Assembly (NCBI GenBank): GCA_963845065.1
Contig: CAWJQQ010000008.1
Span: forward strand, 535,970-599,969
DNA length: 64,000 nucleotides
Direction of reading: 5' to 3'
Origin: Nitrospirota bacterium
Lineage (GTDB): Bacteria; Nitrospirota; UBA9217
Each line of letters starts with the position of its first letter. The stretch's first letter is position 1. The notes under the pieces were generated by a model. That model was given only the letters and a program-made list of their open reading frames with translations. It did no database searches and was not told where the DNA came from. Shown here piece by piece: positions 28,874 through 38,750 of this stretch. The position numbers were made by a program, and so were the translations under genes.

Positions 28874-29935
28874 TTAAAATGAATAACGCATACCCACAGT
28901 GGTGGTGTAATGGGGCGCGAGTTGTATACCATAGAGTTCCTGGTAGATGGGGTATTGATAGAAGGCGTATACCGAAACCTGCCGATTGATCGACACAGAG
29001 ATGCCAGGGCTGATATAGAGCAATATTCCGCCTGTATTGAGTTCATCCGCGTTCGATCCCACATCATGCTGAACGTACCGATAATTTAGCTGAAGGATGG
29101 GGCCAACATTGGGAATGCCGGCGTATCGTAAACCCAAGTTAAAGTTGAATCCATCGCCTGGCCTGTAATCATCCCTTGAATCCAGTGCCTTTTGAAACAA
29201 TGCCTGGGTGAAGTAATCCCAGTCTTGGGAAAGACCATCAGCATAATATGCGCCCAGTATTACATCAGTGGTGCCGGTCCCCGGTTGCAAGCCGCGGTCA
29301 ATCGCGACTGGACCAGGCGCGGTCGGATCAGTCGAGTTTCCTGTGTCAGTATAGCTCCCAGTCGGCAACTTGAGTCCATAGAGAATGCCAAACCTGCATT
29401 GTGGAGTGAAGCCCTGGTAACGGCCGATTATTTTTACATCGCCAAAACTGTCAGTATGTGAGTCGTATTGACCTCCACCAGGGCCACCAGTAGAACCGTC
29501 CGATGCAGTTCCCAGCGTACTGTGCTTTCTGTCGATATAAGGTACTACAACATTAATACCCCAGTCGCGGCTTACGCTATAGTCGATTCCCAAGTTGACA
29601 TAATTGTTTATGGTGAATTTCTCGACTTCCTTAGAACTGCCGTTGACCACAATTTGGCTGGCGGCCGCGGGTGAAATCGGTTTGGCCCCGCTCCGAAGCT
29701 GGTCTTGATCAATGTAGTTGTAGCTTAAATCGATCTTAAGCCCTGATGTAGAAGAAAACTGCAGATTTTCCCAATCATTACTCAATGTACATCCACAGCT
29801 TGCACATGCGTTTGCATCTCCTGAAGATAAGAGCAAAGAGATTGCTACAAGAATCGACGCGAGTACGCTGTAAAACAATGTTCGTGTAACTTTCTTCTGT
29901 TTCATTTGCCGCTTGAAATATCTTTTTACTCGCAT
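28874..29935 (-). CDS. Outer-membrane beta-barrel transporter with N-terminal CASCGC motif
   Basis: Signal peptide ending ANA-CASCGC; GLKLPTG, LQPGTGTTD; C-terminal RYSF. Confidence 0.8.
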   Translation of the reverse strand: MRVKRYFKRQMKQKKVTRTLFYSVLASILVAISLLLSSGDANACASCGCTLSNDWENLQFSSTSGLKIDLSYNYIDQDQLRSGAKPISPAAASQIVVNGSSKEVEKFTINNYVNLGIDYSVSRDWGINVVVPYIDRKHSTLGTASDGSTGGPGGGQYDSHTDSFGDVKIIGRYQGFTPQCRFGILYGLKLPTGSYTDTGNSTDPTAPGPVAIDRGLQPGTGTTDVILGAYYADGLSQDWDYFTQALFQKALDSRDDYRPGDGFNFNLGLRYAGIPNVGPILQLNYRYVQHDVGSNADELNTGGILLYISPGISVSINRQVSVYAFYQYPIYQELYGIQLAPHYTTTVGMRYSF

Positions 29936-30256
29936 GGTGAAGCCTCCCCTTAATAAGCTTAGTTGTCGTTTCGTTTGATAACAAATAAGCCTTTTGTTAA
30001 TGCTGATTTCAGTATTAATCATAAAACGCATATACGGCTTCTCTTCAAAACCTCATAAAAAAGACTCCACTCCTGAAACATCTAACCTTGGTAAATGATG
30101 ATGGCTTGAACATTCCCGAAGTGGAGCCAAGCTTTAAAGGGGAGGATAGCCTATGAGAACTATCCCCAGAGATGCCATGCAGGCGTAAGCGTACGTTGTG
30201 CCTTTCTAAAAGCGAGGCAACAAAACTGACTCAAAAACTTCGGATGTGATTACAGA

Positions 30257-30535
30257 TCAGGCTTTTGGAGGACGTTCGTCTTGAAAGGCAGTCATGGTAG
30301 GCTTAAAAAAAGGATTTACAATTTCTAAAGTTTCTTGAAGGACCAGAGGAAGAGGATGACAAGGGCTCGTCTGTATACAGGGCATGTTACCAGTTGACGA
30401 AAGGACTGGAGTCGCTGAGTGACATACGTCAAGAGTGCCGATCATTGCATGCCCCGTATGGTTGCACGGGAAAGAAGGTGGAATAGCGATGGTGAGAGCG
30501 ACTGCCAGAAGTACTATGACAGCTTGGCATTTCAT
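30257..30535 (-). CDS. Small Cys/His-containing leader-like protein ending ERPP
   Basis: Hydrophobic N-terminus, LDVCH, PC....PC, C-terminal FQDERPPKA; upstream of the barrel gene. Confidence 0.6.
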   Translation of the reverse strand: MKCQAVIVLLAVALTIAIPPSFPCNHTGHAMIGTLDVCHSATPVLSSTGNMPCIQTSPCHPLPLVLQETLEIVNPFFKPTMTAFQDERPPKA

Positions 30536-30541
30536 AAAATT

Positions 30542-30570
30542 AGTTTAAGTTCAAAAGAGAAGGATGTCAA
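30542..30570 (-). promoter_or_regulatory. Sigma70 promoter (probably leaderless transcript)
   Basis: TTGACA-17-TAAACT with the ATG 6 nt downstream. Confidence 0.55.
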
Positions 30571-30997
30571 CGTAAAGTTATAATTTTAACTGGTTATTTT
30601 AATAGCATAACGTTAACAATTTCTGGTTGAAACTTATAATTGTTAAGGTAAATAGAATCTCCAACACTCCAGGATGTTATGTGTAGCTCCACATAATACT
30701 TAGGCTTCTTTCTGAAATGCCTTATTCAGAAAGAAGCTGGTTGAACTATGCCGTACGCGCCACGACGCTATGGGATTTCAAATGATTTTTCTCTTTAAAG
30801 CGAGGGTATTGAGTACTGCATCGGCTGGGGCATAAGGCCTGTGACGGGTGATTTTCGCGTGAGAAGAAGCGATTCAAGGCAATTTCGCAATCCCAACTCG
30901 CAGGAAAAATGACCTTTGGACAATAGAATATTGTTGCGAAGAACATGACCGTTTTCGGATTGGGACAGGGAGGCTGTTTTTTCGGTTTGAGTGATGT

Positions 30998-32191
30998 TCA
31001 TATGCGTGGCGGTCCTTTGCAACGAGCAGGCTGTATAATCTCCATGGTATGCATTTTTCGTTCACCGCAGGCAGGACATAATGCGATGTCGATGCCGGTA
31101 AATCGGAGTAAAGCTTCTTGCCACGTTTCTGTCTTCTGTTCCGATTCGTTCTGATTGGTGCAGGCCAGAAGCTCTCTGCACCGGTCGAGTTTCTTCCTGC
31201 GGCATCTGTTTCCCAACAAGCTGTAATGTCTGATTTTCACAAACTTGTCAGGCAACACATGAAGCAGGAACCGCCGAATGAACTCATCGGCTTTAAGGGG
31301 CATGATCTTGACTTTGTTGTTATCGGAGTAGTCCCGCCACCGGAAAGAGACTTCGTCGTTTTCGAGCTTCACGAGTCGGTGATTGCTGATCGCGATTCGG
31401 TGGGTGTATCTGCCGAGATACTCAAGAACGTCCTTGGTTTCGTTAAAGGGTGGCTTGCAGTAGACGACCCACTTCTTTTTATACAGGTCGGTGATTAAGG
31501 CATTGAAAGCCCCCGGCGATGCAAGATGGCTTATGTCGCCGGGGTAAACGAGTTTGTTTTCGACACGAAACTTTTTCAGATAAGCGAGTAACTTCCCCCG
31601 GAACAGACGAGACATGACCTTGACGGGGAGAAAGAAGTCATCTTTGCATGACTTCCATTTTCGTCCGTCATGGGACAGTCCTCCGCCAGTAACGATGTTG
31701 TGGATGTGTGGATGTTGCATGAGGTTCTGTCCCCAGGTGTGCAGGATGCTGATGAACCCGATCTCTGCTCCCAGGTGTTTCGGGTTTTTCGAGAGTTCCG
31801 TAAGAGTCTCCGAAACGGCTTTGAACAGGATCCCATAGAGGACTTCCTGATTCCGGAGGACAAGAGGATTCAGCTTATCAGGAATGGTGAAAACAACGTG
31901 AAAGTACGGTATGGGAAGCAGGTCTTTTTCCCGGTCCTCGATCCACTTTTCCTTCTTCAGGAACTGGCATTTGGGACAGTGCCGGTTTCTGCAGGAGTTG
32001 TACGAGATCACCTTTGTCCCACAGTGCTCACACTCATCCACGTGGCCACCCAAATCAGCTGTGCGGCAAGTTTCTATTGCGCGCATAGCGCGAAGACGAT
32101 TCGCGGGCATGGGATGGGCGCTGCGGTAATCAGGGCCGTACCGGCGTAGGATATCCGCAACCTCAAGCTGTCTGACTTCTCGTGCACACAT
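30998..32191 (-). CDS. IS91-family Y2 (HUH) transposase
   Basis: SCRNRHCPKC, HTWG, HPHIH, YLGRY, KIRHY. Confidence 0.93.
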   Translation of the reverse strand: MCAREVRQLEVADILRRYGPDYRSAHPMPANRLRAMRAIETCRTADLGGHVDECEHCGTKVISYNSCRNRHCPKCQFLKKEKWIEDREKDLLPIPYFHVVFTIPDKLNPLVLRNQEVLYGILFKAVSETLTELSKNPKHLGAEIGFISILHTWGQNLMQHPHIHNIVTGGGLSHDGRKWKSCKDDFFLPVKVMSRLFRGKLLAYLKKFRVENKLVYPGDISHLASPGAFNALITDLYKKKWVVYCKPPFNETKDVLEYLGRYTHRIAISNHRLVKLENDEVSFRWRDYSDNNKVKIMPLKADEFIRRFLLHVLPDKFVKIRHYSLLGNRCRRKKLDRCRELLACTNQNESEQKTETWQEALLRFTGIDIALCPACGERKMHTMEIIQPARCKGPPRI

Positions 32192-32213
32192 GGCGAAGCG
32201 ACAAGCGGTCCGG

Positions 32214-33071
32214 CTACGAAGTCTTTTCGGAGTTAGAGGAATTGTCGATATCGAGAGGACTCACGATCTTTGATAGGTTTTTCTTGCTCACGTGGAGGTA
32301 GATCGTGGTCGTCCTGATTGATGCGTGGCCCAACAGCAGTTGAATGTTATAAAGGTCCACCCCGGCCTCGAGCAAATGTGTTGCAAAGCTGTGTCTCAGG
32401 CTATGGCAGCTTGCGGACTTGATGATGCCGGACTTGCGTTTCGCGCGTTTGAACGCTTGCTGGATGGTGGTAATGCTTATGGGCTGTCCAGGAATTCCTC
32501 CTGGGAAGAGCCAGTGTTTGGGGAGATACTTCTTAAAGTACTCTCGGAGTGTCTCTAGGGTGCGCTTCGACAACAAGGTATACCGATCCTTTTTCCCTTT
32601 GCCTTGTTCTACACGGAGAAGCATACGCTTACTGTCGATGTCGGATATTTTGAGATGGGCGGTCTCGCTTACCCGGAGGCCTGCGGAGTAGGTTACCATC
32701 AGCATCGCGCGCTGCTTCAGGCCGCCAGCGGACATCAGTATGGTTTCGACTTCGTTCCGTTCGAGAACGGTGGGAAGCTTTTTGGCCGACTTTGGATAGG
32801 GTATTTTGTCCATCACCCATCTTTTTTTGAGCGTGGTTTCATAAAGAAACCGCAGCGCGGCGTAGGTGATTTTCAAAGAGGATGGGGATAGTTTCCTGTT
32901 CTGGACGACGGACAGCAGGAACGACTTGATGTCGTTCTGCCCAAGACGGTCGGGCGGCTTGTTGAAATGCAGCTCTAAATAGCGAGCTGCCCGGTGATAC
33001 GCTTCTTGCGTATGCGGACTAAAGTTACGAAGCACCATGTCGCCTTGCATCTGTTCTTTGAACGTTTCCAT
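32214..33071 (-). CDS. Tyrosine recombinase
   Basis: GLR, GKGKKDR, HSLRH, LGH, TTIY. Confidence 0.93.
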   Translation of the reverse strand: METFKEQMQGDMVLRNFSPHTQEAYHRAARYLELHFNKPPDRLGQNDIKSFLLSVVQNRKLSPSSLKITYAALRFLYETTLKKRWVMDKIPYPKSAKKLPTVLERNEVETILMSAGGLKQRAMLMVTYSAGLRVSETAHLKISDIDSKRMLLRVEQGKGKKDRYTLLSKRTLETLREYFKKYLPKHWLFPGGIPGQPISITTIQQAFKRAKRKSGIIKSASCHSLRHSFATHLLEAGVDLYNIQLLLGHASIRTTTIYLHVSKKNLSKIVSPLDIDNSSNSEKTS

Positions 33072-33269
33072 TGCACAATCTCCTTCCGCTGACTTGAAAT
33101 TCCAACGGCGTGACGCCGATGGTGATGCGAGGGAAAATTGTAAATCAGCAGGGATTGTGAAGCAATATGTGAGAGCGTGATATTATTTGGAGATAATTGC
33201 GAAGGGATTGCAGATAAAATCAGTGGTGAGTGAAGAGTACCGCCGCGTAGCGGCTTAGTTCAACACCTA

Positions 33270-33660
33270 TTATGTGAAGTTCTGCATTATGTGAAGCGTT
33301 TTCATTAAATCCTTCATTGATGCGTATTCTGCAAGAATTTACTCTACATAATAATGCCGCTGTCTTTGATATCCCCTTCATAGAAGCCAATCAAATGAGA
33401 CGGTGTATATGACCACATCACATGAGGAAAGTAAATTGAATTGGAAGGAATCCGTCGCGATTTAAGCTGCTCCGAGAGCATCTTTATTCTTTTGGGTCCG
33501 GGTCCAAGGGCGATGATCTAAAAAACCTGATCAAGCAAAGTAACAGCATCATATACTGACTGGAGCCGCCGCAAACCCCATCATTATGTGAAGTAACTTT
33601 CTCGGGAAGTACTGTGATTCCCATACCATCGCCGTTTACTTCACATATCACCTACTATCA
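33270..33660. mobile_element. Probable internally deleted RIT-like miniature element
   Basis: TTATGTGAAG sites at 33270 and 33287, inverted copy at 33341-33351, then 33584 and inverted 33638-33647; same geometry as the RIT ends. Confidence 0.5.
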
Positions 33661-33866
33661 TGGAATGTCAGAGATATGACATGGGTAAAGAATACTAGAT
33701 CATAATTGCACATATGAAAGAACACTGTCAATTTTTGTCTTGTGATTTTGATAGTAAGCGTAAGTATGATAAATGGGATAATGTTGCAAACATAAGGGTC
33801 ATCCTGAGATTAACGAGATTTTCTAACAGATGAGTCTTTTGCTATTTTGTTCATCATCAACAATCT

Positions 33867-35369
33867 CTATTTTTTTAGAATCTCTTCCGCGCAGAACCAG
33901 CCGCTTAACATCGCCCCCGTAAATCCTCCCCCCGGCATTGTCCAGGCTGAGGCGAAATATAAATTTTCAACCGGTGATTTCTGGCCAAACCTTCTGATAC
34001 TGGCCTGGCTGGGTATCTGCGAGAAACCATATGCCGTGCCATTCGGATTTAATGTATAGCGTTCAATTGTTTTTGGCGTACCGACTTCATAGTATTCAAT
34101 CTGGTCTTTGATCCCCGGGATAAGCTTATCAAGCTTCTCAATGTAAATTTTTGCAACGTCGACTTTTTTTGCTTTATATTCGATCTCGCTCAATTTCTTC
34201 CAATCGTCGATATAGTCGATCGTGCAAATAACACCAACCCCCTTGCCCGGCGCCGCCAGCTGTGAGTCTATCTGGCTGTAATCGACAAAGACAAAGCCTC
34301 TTTCTTTAAAATCAACATGATAATTCAGACCGTGCATATCATGCACGCCTGGATTAAAGACGAAAGTCGAATAATGCTTGTTTCCCATCTCTTTGATGGG
34401 TTTTTTAAAAAAGAGGTAAACACTCAAAATCGAGCAGGCAATTTCCATTTTATTGATTTTTGCTTTTGTGCCTACTGTTAATTCTTCCGGCAAAAGATCA
34501 TTAACAACATTAGGGACGGCGGCGTTGGCAATGACTTCATTGCCAAATATCTTTACTGGCGAATCCGGACTTGATTTTTTATGATATTCTACACCTATTG
34601 CTTTATTATTTTCCGTTAGAATTTTATCCGCTTTGTGACCCAACAGAATTTTACCGCCATTATCGGTAATAAGCTTTGCCAGATAATCGGATAGTTTTTG
34701 AGAACCGCCTTTTATGTAATATCCGCCTAAATAAAAACTCGATTGGGCGATGGCAAAATAGGAATATGCCATCGTTTCCGGATTGTCGTGGTAATAGCCA
34801 ATATTTGCCGTCAACACCAGTTTCAATTCATTATTTTTAATGAGCTTATTCATAACCTGGCTGACTGTCTTATTCAGGGAAAAAATAATGCGCGGGTATA
34901 GTAACGGGAAAAGAGGTAACTGAAGAAGCAGTTTCAGGCCTGGACGTGGCATTCTATTCAATTCGTTTCGAAAACCCATGATTGCACTAAAAAACTTCTT
35001 AATGCCTTTTTCTTCTTCAGGATATTTTTCAATCAATATATTTTCTGCTTCTTTACGATTATCGGGAATGACAATATCAACCCGGCTGTTTGTAAAACGA
35101 TAAAATTCCGGCAGTTTGAGAAATTCGATGTTTTCAACAATTTTCAAATCCCTAAAAATGTCACTTTGCATGCCACCTTCCTCTATGCCGCCGATTTCAT
35201 GCAGGCCAACATCCATACTGGAACCGACACGCTTAAAATTGGTCGCGCAACCTCCCGGAATATGGTGCTGTTCTATTAAAAAAACTTTTTTCCCTTCTTT
35301 GGTTAATTTTGCTCCGGCAACCAGCCCGCCAAGACCGGCGCCAATGATTATTATGTCATATTTTCCCAT
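33867..35369 (-). CDS. FAD-dependent oxidoreductase, phytoene desaturase/retinol saturase family
   Basis: GAGLGG, PGGCA, KGGSQ, TP.TIERYT..P.G..YG, PGGGFTG. Confidence 0.9.
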   Translation of the reverse strand: MGKYDIIIIGAGLGGLVAGAKLTKEGKKVFLIEQHHIPGGCATNFKRVGSSMDVGLHEIGGIEEGGMQSDIFRDLKIVENIEFLKLPEFYRFTNSRVDIVIPDNRKEAENILIEKYPEEEKGIKKFFSAIMGFRNELNRMPRPGLKLLLQLPLFPLLYPRIIFSLNKTVSQVMNKLIKNNELKLVLTANIGYYHDNPETMAYSYFAIAQSSFYLGGYYIKGGSQKLSDYLAKLITDNGGKILLGHKADKILTENNKAIGVEYHKKSSPDSPVKIFGNEVIANAAVPNVVNDLLPEELTVGTKAKINKMEIACSILSVYLFFKKPIKEMGNKHYSTFVFNPGVHDMHGLNYHVDFKERGFVFVDYSQIDSQLAAPGKGVGVICTIDYIDDWKKLSEIEYKAKKVDVAKIYIEKLDKLIPGIKDQIEYYEVGTPKTIERYTLNPNGTAYGFSQIPSQASIRRFGQKSPVENLYFASAWTMPGGGFTGAMLSGWFCAEEILKK

Positions 35370-35485
35370 TGCTTTTCCCCTTTGATAATAACGTATAGGT
35401 TTATTATTGGTTGATGCGCCGAAGAGATTATTCTCCGACCTGTTACGACCTGTTGGGTTGCTAGCACATCTGGCGAACCATTGCG

Positions 35486-35794
35486 CTAGAAGACCGTAAT
35501 GCCATTGTTACCCTTGTTCATTATTGTCTGCGATACTACGGTGGTGCAGGAGCTCTGCACTTTCACTCCTGTCTTCCCAATATCGAAGGCGGTTATGACA
35601 TTGAGGGGCTTTGCTGCATCCTGTTCGACCGATCCCACTAGATTGTTGCAGGTGGACTCATGCCTAAGATCGAAATACGTGATTCCATTGGACAGATGTT
35701 CTCCTGTCCCAGCAGCTGATTGGTTAACCGCAGCATAAGCTGCGCCAACGGTGAAGACCAAAATTATCATTACCATCATCATTGATTTTTTCAT
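35486..35794 (-). CDS. Small secreted protein with three N(G/V)ITxF repeats
   Basis: Signal peptide AYA; NGITYFD, NVITAFD, NGITVF. Confidence 0.65.
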   Translation of the reverse strand: MKKSMMMVMIILVFTVGAAYAAVNQSAAGTGEHLSNGITYFDLRHESTCNNLVGSVEQDAAKPLNVITAFDIGKTGVKVQSSCTTVVSQTIMNKGNNGITVF

Positions 35795-36386
35795 TGTAGT
35801 TCCTTTCCTTGGTTAGTTGTTGTACTTCAGTTTATAATCGACAATACTCATGACAACAGATAGCTCCCAACAGGTATCTTTCTCTTATGAATCCTAGTTC
35901 TTTTCAATTTTTCTCCGCTTCTCCGGTCTCATGACGATCCATACGATGAAAATAAAGCGCGACCTACCCTTTTGATACTATGATAGACAGGTTTGACTGT
36001 GTTGACAATGAATATGCGATGGAAGGGATAATAGAGGGACCAAAGGCAGGAAAGACTGATGAACGGTTTCTCTTACGTCCGTCGAAAGAGAAGGGGATAG
36101 GCCCGACTTACCGAGAGGTCATCCCATATATCCTTGGACTTTAACGTATGCGTGCTGGCCAAAGAGTGACTTACACTCTGAATGGTTCTAGTATATACAA
36201 TGGCAGTCCTTTGTGCGCGCCAGAATTGGACTAAGTGGAGCGAGACCTGCCACTTTGTTGTCCCAGCATTGTAATCCCTTTTTACGAAGTAAGTTCAGCT
36301 GCCGGTTTCTTAACATCTACCCGAGCAAGGATTAAAGTTAAACTAGAATTGCAACGAGAAAGGTGATTGCAAAGGAGGTGACAACA

Positions 36387-36590
36387 ATGACGTACAGCAT
36401 GACCTGCAGTTGCGGCGATGTGATGACGGTCCAAGGTAATACGAGGGATGAAGCTGTCAAGAACCTGAAGTCATTGATGAATAAAGAAGCGGTGACTGAG
36501 CATATGGCGCGGAAACACGCGGGGGGGAAAGCACCTACCCTGGGGCAAGTGCACGCAATGATAGAGCAAGGGTTGAAAGCAGCAGTGTAA
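36387..36590 (+). CDS. Small DUF1059-like metal-binding protein
   Basis: RBS AAGGAGGT; CSCG...H...KH; followed by a terminator. Confidence 0.7.
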   Translation: MTYSMTCSCGDVMTVQGNTRDEAVKNLKSLMNKEAVTEHMARKHAGGKAPTLGQVHAMIEQGLKAAV

Positions 36591-36619
36591 AATCTGTCGA
36601 ATCGATTATGATAGTGCTC

Positions 36620-36650
36620 AACCCACAGACTCCAGTCTGCGGGTTTTTTT
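36620..36650 (+). terminator. Intrinsic terminator
   Basis: AACCCACAGAC-TCCA-GTCTGCGGGTT followed by a T-run. Confidence 0.75.
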
Positions 36651-37166
36651 GCGAGCCGTGAATGTTCGACAGCTTGGAAGTACAAGTCCGCGAACCAGCC
36701 TGAGGAGGTGAAGGGTTATCGCAGGAATCCATCGCGAAATGGAGTCTAAAAGAAGCGTTGAGTAAATCACGAGCCGATGAAAAAATACCTGATATGAGGT
36801 ATGAGCGCCGGACGCGCGAGCAAATGACCACGAAGTTCACATGATACAGAATGGACATCGCAGTACAACCTACAATCAATATCCTCTACGTCAATCAATA
36901 CAGAATCTCTGTGAGGTTCACCTACTATCTTGCAATGTTAATGTTTTGACGATAACAAAGGATTCTGGTTGTATTATGCAATCGAGAAAATCCCACTTTT
37001 GGCTGGAACAATTTATTGGGGGCTCAGTTAATGAAAGGCCAGGCATTCCTGCCTGGCCTTTCTAATACTGTGAGCTCAGCACCCCATCATTATAAAGTAC
37101 TCGTCGATGGTGTGGTAAACCCTGGCGTTCTTGAACGTGAGCTCGCTATGCTCCTTGTTTACCCCA

Positions 37167-37583
37167 TCATCCATTACGCGCTGTCTTCTCTGCAGTTGTT
37201 ATTTGCCTTTTTCCCTTCGGAGTCAGCCACGCGAACACTGCAGCTGCAATGAGCAGTACTGGCACATCGCCGAAGAGATGTCCGCGATGTTCGGGATAAA
37301 TGAGTGCTTGAATTGCCATGATCACTCCATGCACGATGCTGGACCAGACGGCGAACCAGATGAGGCTGAGATGATCGAGTGGATTTCTGGCCGCAATGAT
37401 CAAGAATACACCGAGTGTCGCATAGATCCCGATTATCATCTGCAGATAGAGCGATTGGCCCTCCGCGTGCCACGCCCATCCAGAAGGCCAAATTATCGTA
37501 AGTGGATAAAGACCAACGACACAGAATGCACCTATCAAAACCAAAGCAATTTTCAAATACCTGAGTTGAACGGATAGTTCCAT
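37167..37583 (-). CDS. DUF6632-like membrane protein
   Basis: WPSGWAWH, IYATLGVFL..AARNP, WSS.VH, H..GDV; RBS AGGAGG. Confidence 0.75.
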   Translation of the reverse strand: MELSVQLRYLKIALVLIGAFCVVGLYPLTIIWPSGWAWHAEGQSLYLQMIIGIYATLGVFLIIAARNPLDHLSLIWFAVWSSIVHGVIMAIQALIYPEHRGHLFGDVPVLLIAAAVFAWLTPKGKRQITTAEKTARNG

Positions 37584-37719
37584 ATAAATAGCCTCCTTTC
37601 TTTCCAAGGATAACCTCAGAAACTCTCGATGGCTTACCTCGTTATTTGTGATCCACCTGCTTCGTGCACTGCCATCATCTTGCTCAAATAAATATGGTCG
37701 GACATGCCGAAAGGTCACT

Positions 37720-37800
37720 CTTCAACAGCTCAGCCATCTTCGTCTCTTAGAACTCGCAGTATTCCATCCCCCTCTCGTAAAGGATTAGGCTGTGTCGGGA
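37720..37800 (-). ncRNA. Degenerate GEMM-I (cyclic dinucleotide) riboswitch
   Basis: Colinear with the aptamer at 39205-39285 but with substitutions in conserved positions (GGAATACT instead of GGAAAGCC). Confidence 0.5.
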
Positions 37801-37844
37801 AATAATTTTCCAAACTATAGTAATCAAACCAATTAATTTTTTCC

Positions 37845-37931
37845 CTGTCAAAGTCTATTTTCGGCTGTAGATATTCTGCATATACCTGTTGAGGGTAATA
37901 TGCTACAAAGAAGGTAATACCTGTTAGATTG
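37845..37931. repeat. About 90-bp promoter module duplicated at 39330-39419
   Basis: CTGTCAAAG.CTATTT..GGCTGTAGAT.TTCT.CAT.TACCT.TTGAGGG...CCTGTTAGATTG in both copies; contains a minus-strand TTGACA. Confidence 0.8.
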
Positions 37932-38204
37932 TTCGACCAAATAGTCTGCCGGCAGTCGTCGTATGGGTAGAAGTGAGTAGATTCGTGGCATTATACGGGT
38001 TGATAATTACACTTTGGATCGTACAGTTATGAGTGCAGGATCCAGGATGTTGCTGTTGACGTACAACCTTATTATAAAATGCAAAGATACAAACTGAATT
38101 CTACGCCTTTGCTAATATTATATGAATATGTGATTCACCGACAAGGTTGCACCGGTGACCGATAAATAGAAGATTTAGAATAACAGGCTGAAACATGCAC
38201 ACGA

Positions 38205-38292
38205 AGCCAACGTTCTGGGTAACCGGCGCCCGCAACTGGTTTAATGTGGGCCAACGTGCTTGTCGGGCGTCCGGTTGACCCAGTGGTCAGGA
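38205..38292 (-). other. Solo attC-like recombination site
   Basis: Minus strand TCCTGAC-5-GGTCAACC...GGTTACC-6-GTTGGCT with extrahelical C and A in the expected positions. Confidence 0.7.
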
Positions 38293-38366
38293 TAGTTGCT
38301 TTTTACTGACTATTAGATACCATGTTCCCCACAGAAAAAAGGCTATGCCCGCCACTATTTACTATC

Positions 38367-38750
38367 TTACAAGGCATTGGCTGGTCTAGGTATCAGGAAA
38401 TAGCCGAAGCCCAAAGCAAAGATCAGATACAGGGTTACAGTTGACCAACCGAGTACATTTACAATCCCAGACAATTGGTGCCTCAGAGCTATGATGAAAC
38501 CAATGACGTCACCAACGCAAGCGGCGAGTGCAAACGCTCGTTGGGTGGTTGGCTCGGTCGTATTTCTGGCAAGCCAAAATAGGAGGCCGAGTGTAAAAAA
38601 GGCCGACCCGAAGAAACGAGTCATAACTATTCCAACCTGCTCTGTTGTTGACCCATAGAAAGAAAGCATCATAACAGGAAGTATTATGAACCCGAGACCG
38701 AACAAAAGACAGATTATGGCCGCAGCAATCATCCAAGTCCTGAGCTTCAT
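38367..38750 (-). CDS. Four-TM hypothetical membrane protein
   Basis: Four hydrophobic segments, RBS AAGGAG. Confidence 0.7.
   Translation of the reverse strand: MKLRTWMIAAAIICLLFGLGFIILPVMMLSFYGSTTEQVGIVMTRFFGSAFFTLGLLFWLARNTTEPTTQRAFALAACVGDVIGFIIALRHQLSGIVNVLGWSTVTLYLIFALGFGYFLIPRPANAL

Larger units (their letters stand above)
30700..33266 (-). mobile_element. Int+Y2 (IS91-like) element, copy 3 (divergent)
   Basis: Inverted GTTGAACTA (30740) and TAGTTCAAC (33256-33264); perfect 13-bp hairpin 30704-30737; AAGCCGC end motif shared with copies 1 and 2. Confidence 0.8.

Noticed and set aside
33270..33300. TTATGTGAAG repeats as a chromosomal dif site or CRISPR repeats
   Set aside because: Too short and irregular for CRISPR; multiple copies in RIT-end geometry rather than a single XerC/XerD pair
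36050..36095. CTGATGA...CGAAA resembling a hammerhead ribozyme core
   Set aside because: Stem II closing pair is mismatched, no stem I/III partners or NUH site were found, and TTCTCTT/AAGAGAA gives a simpler hairpin
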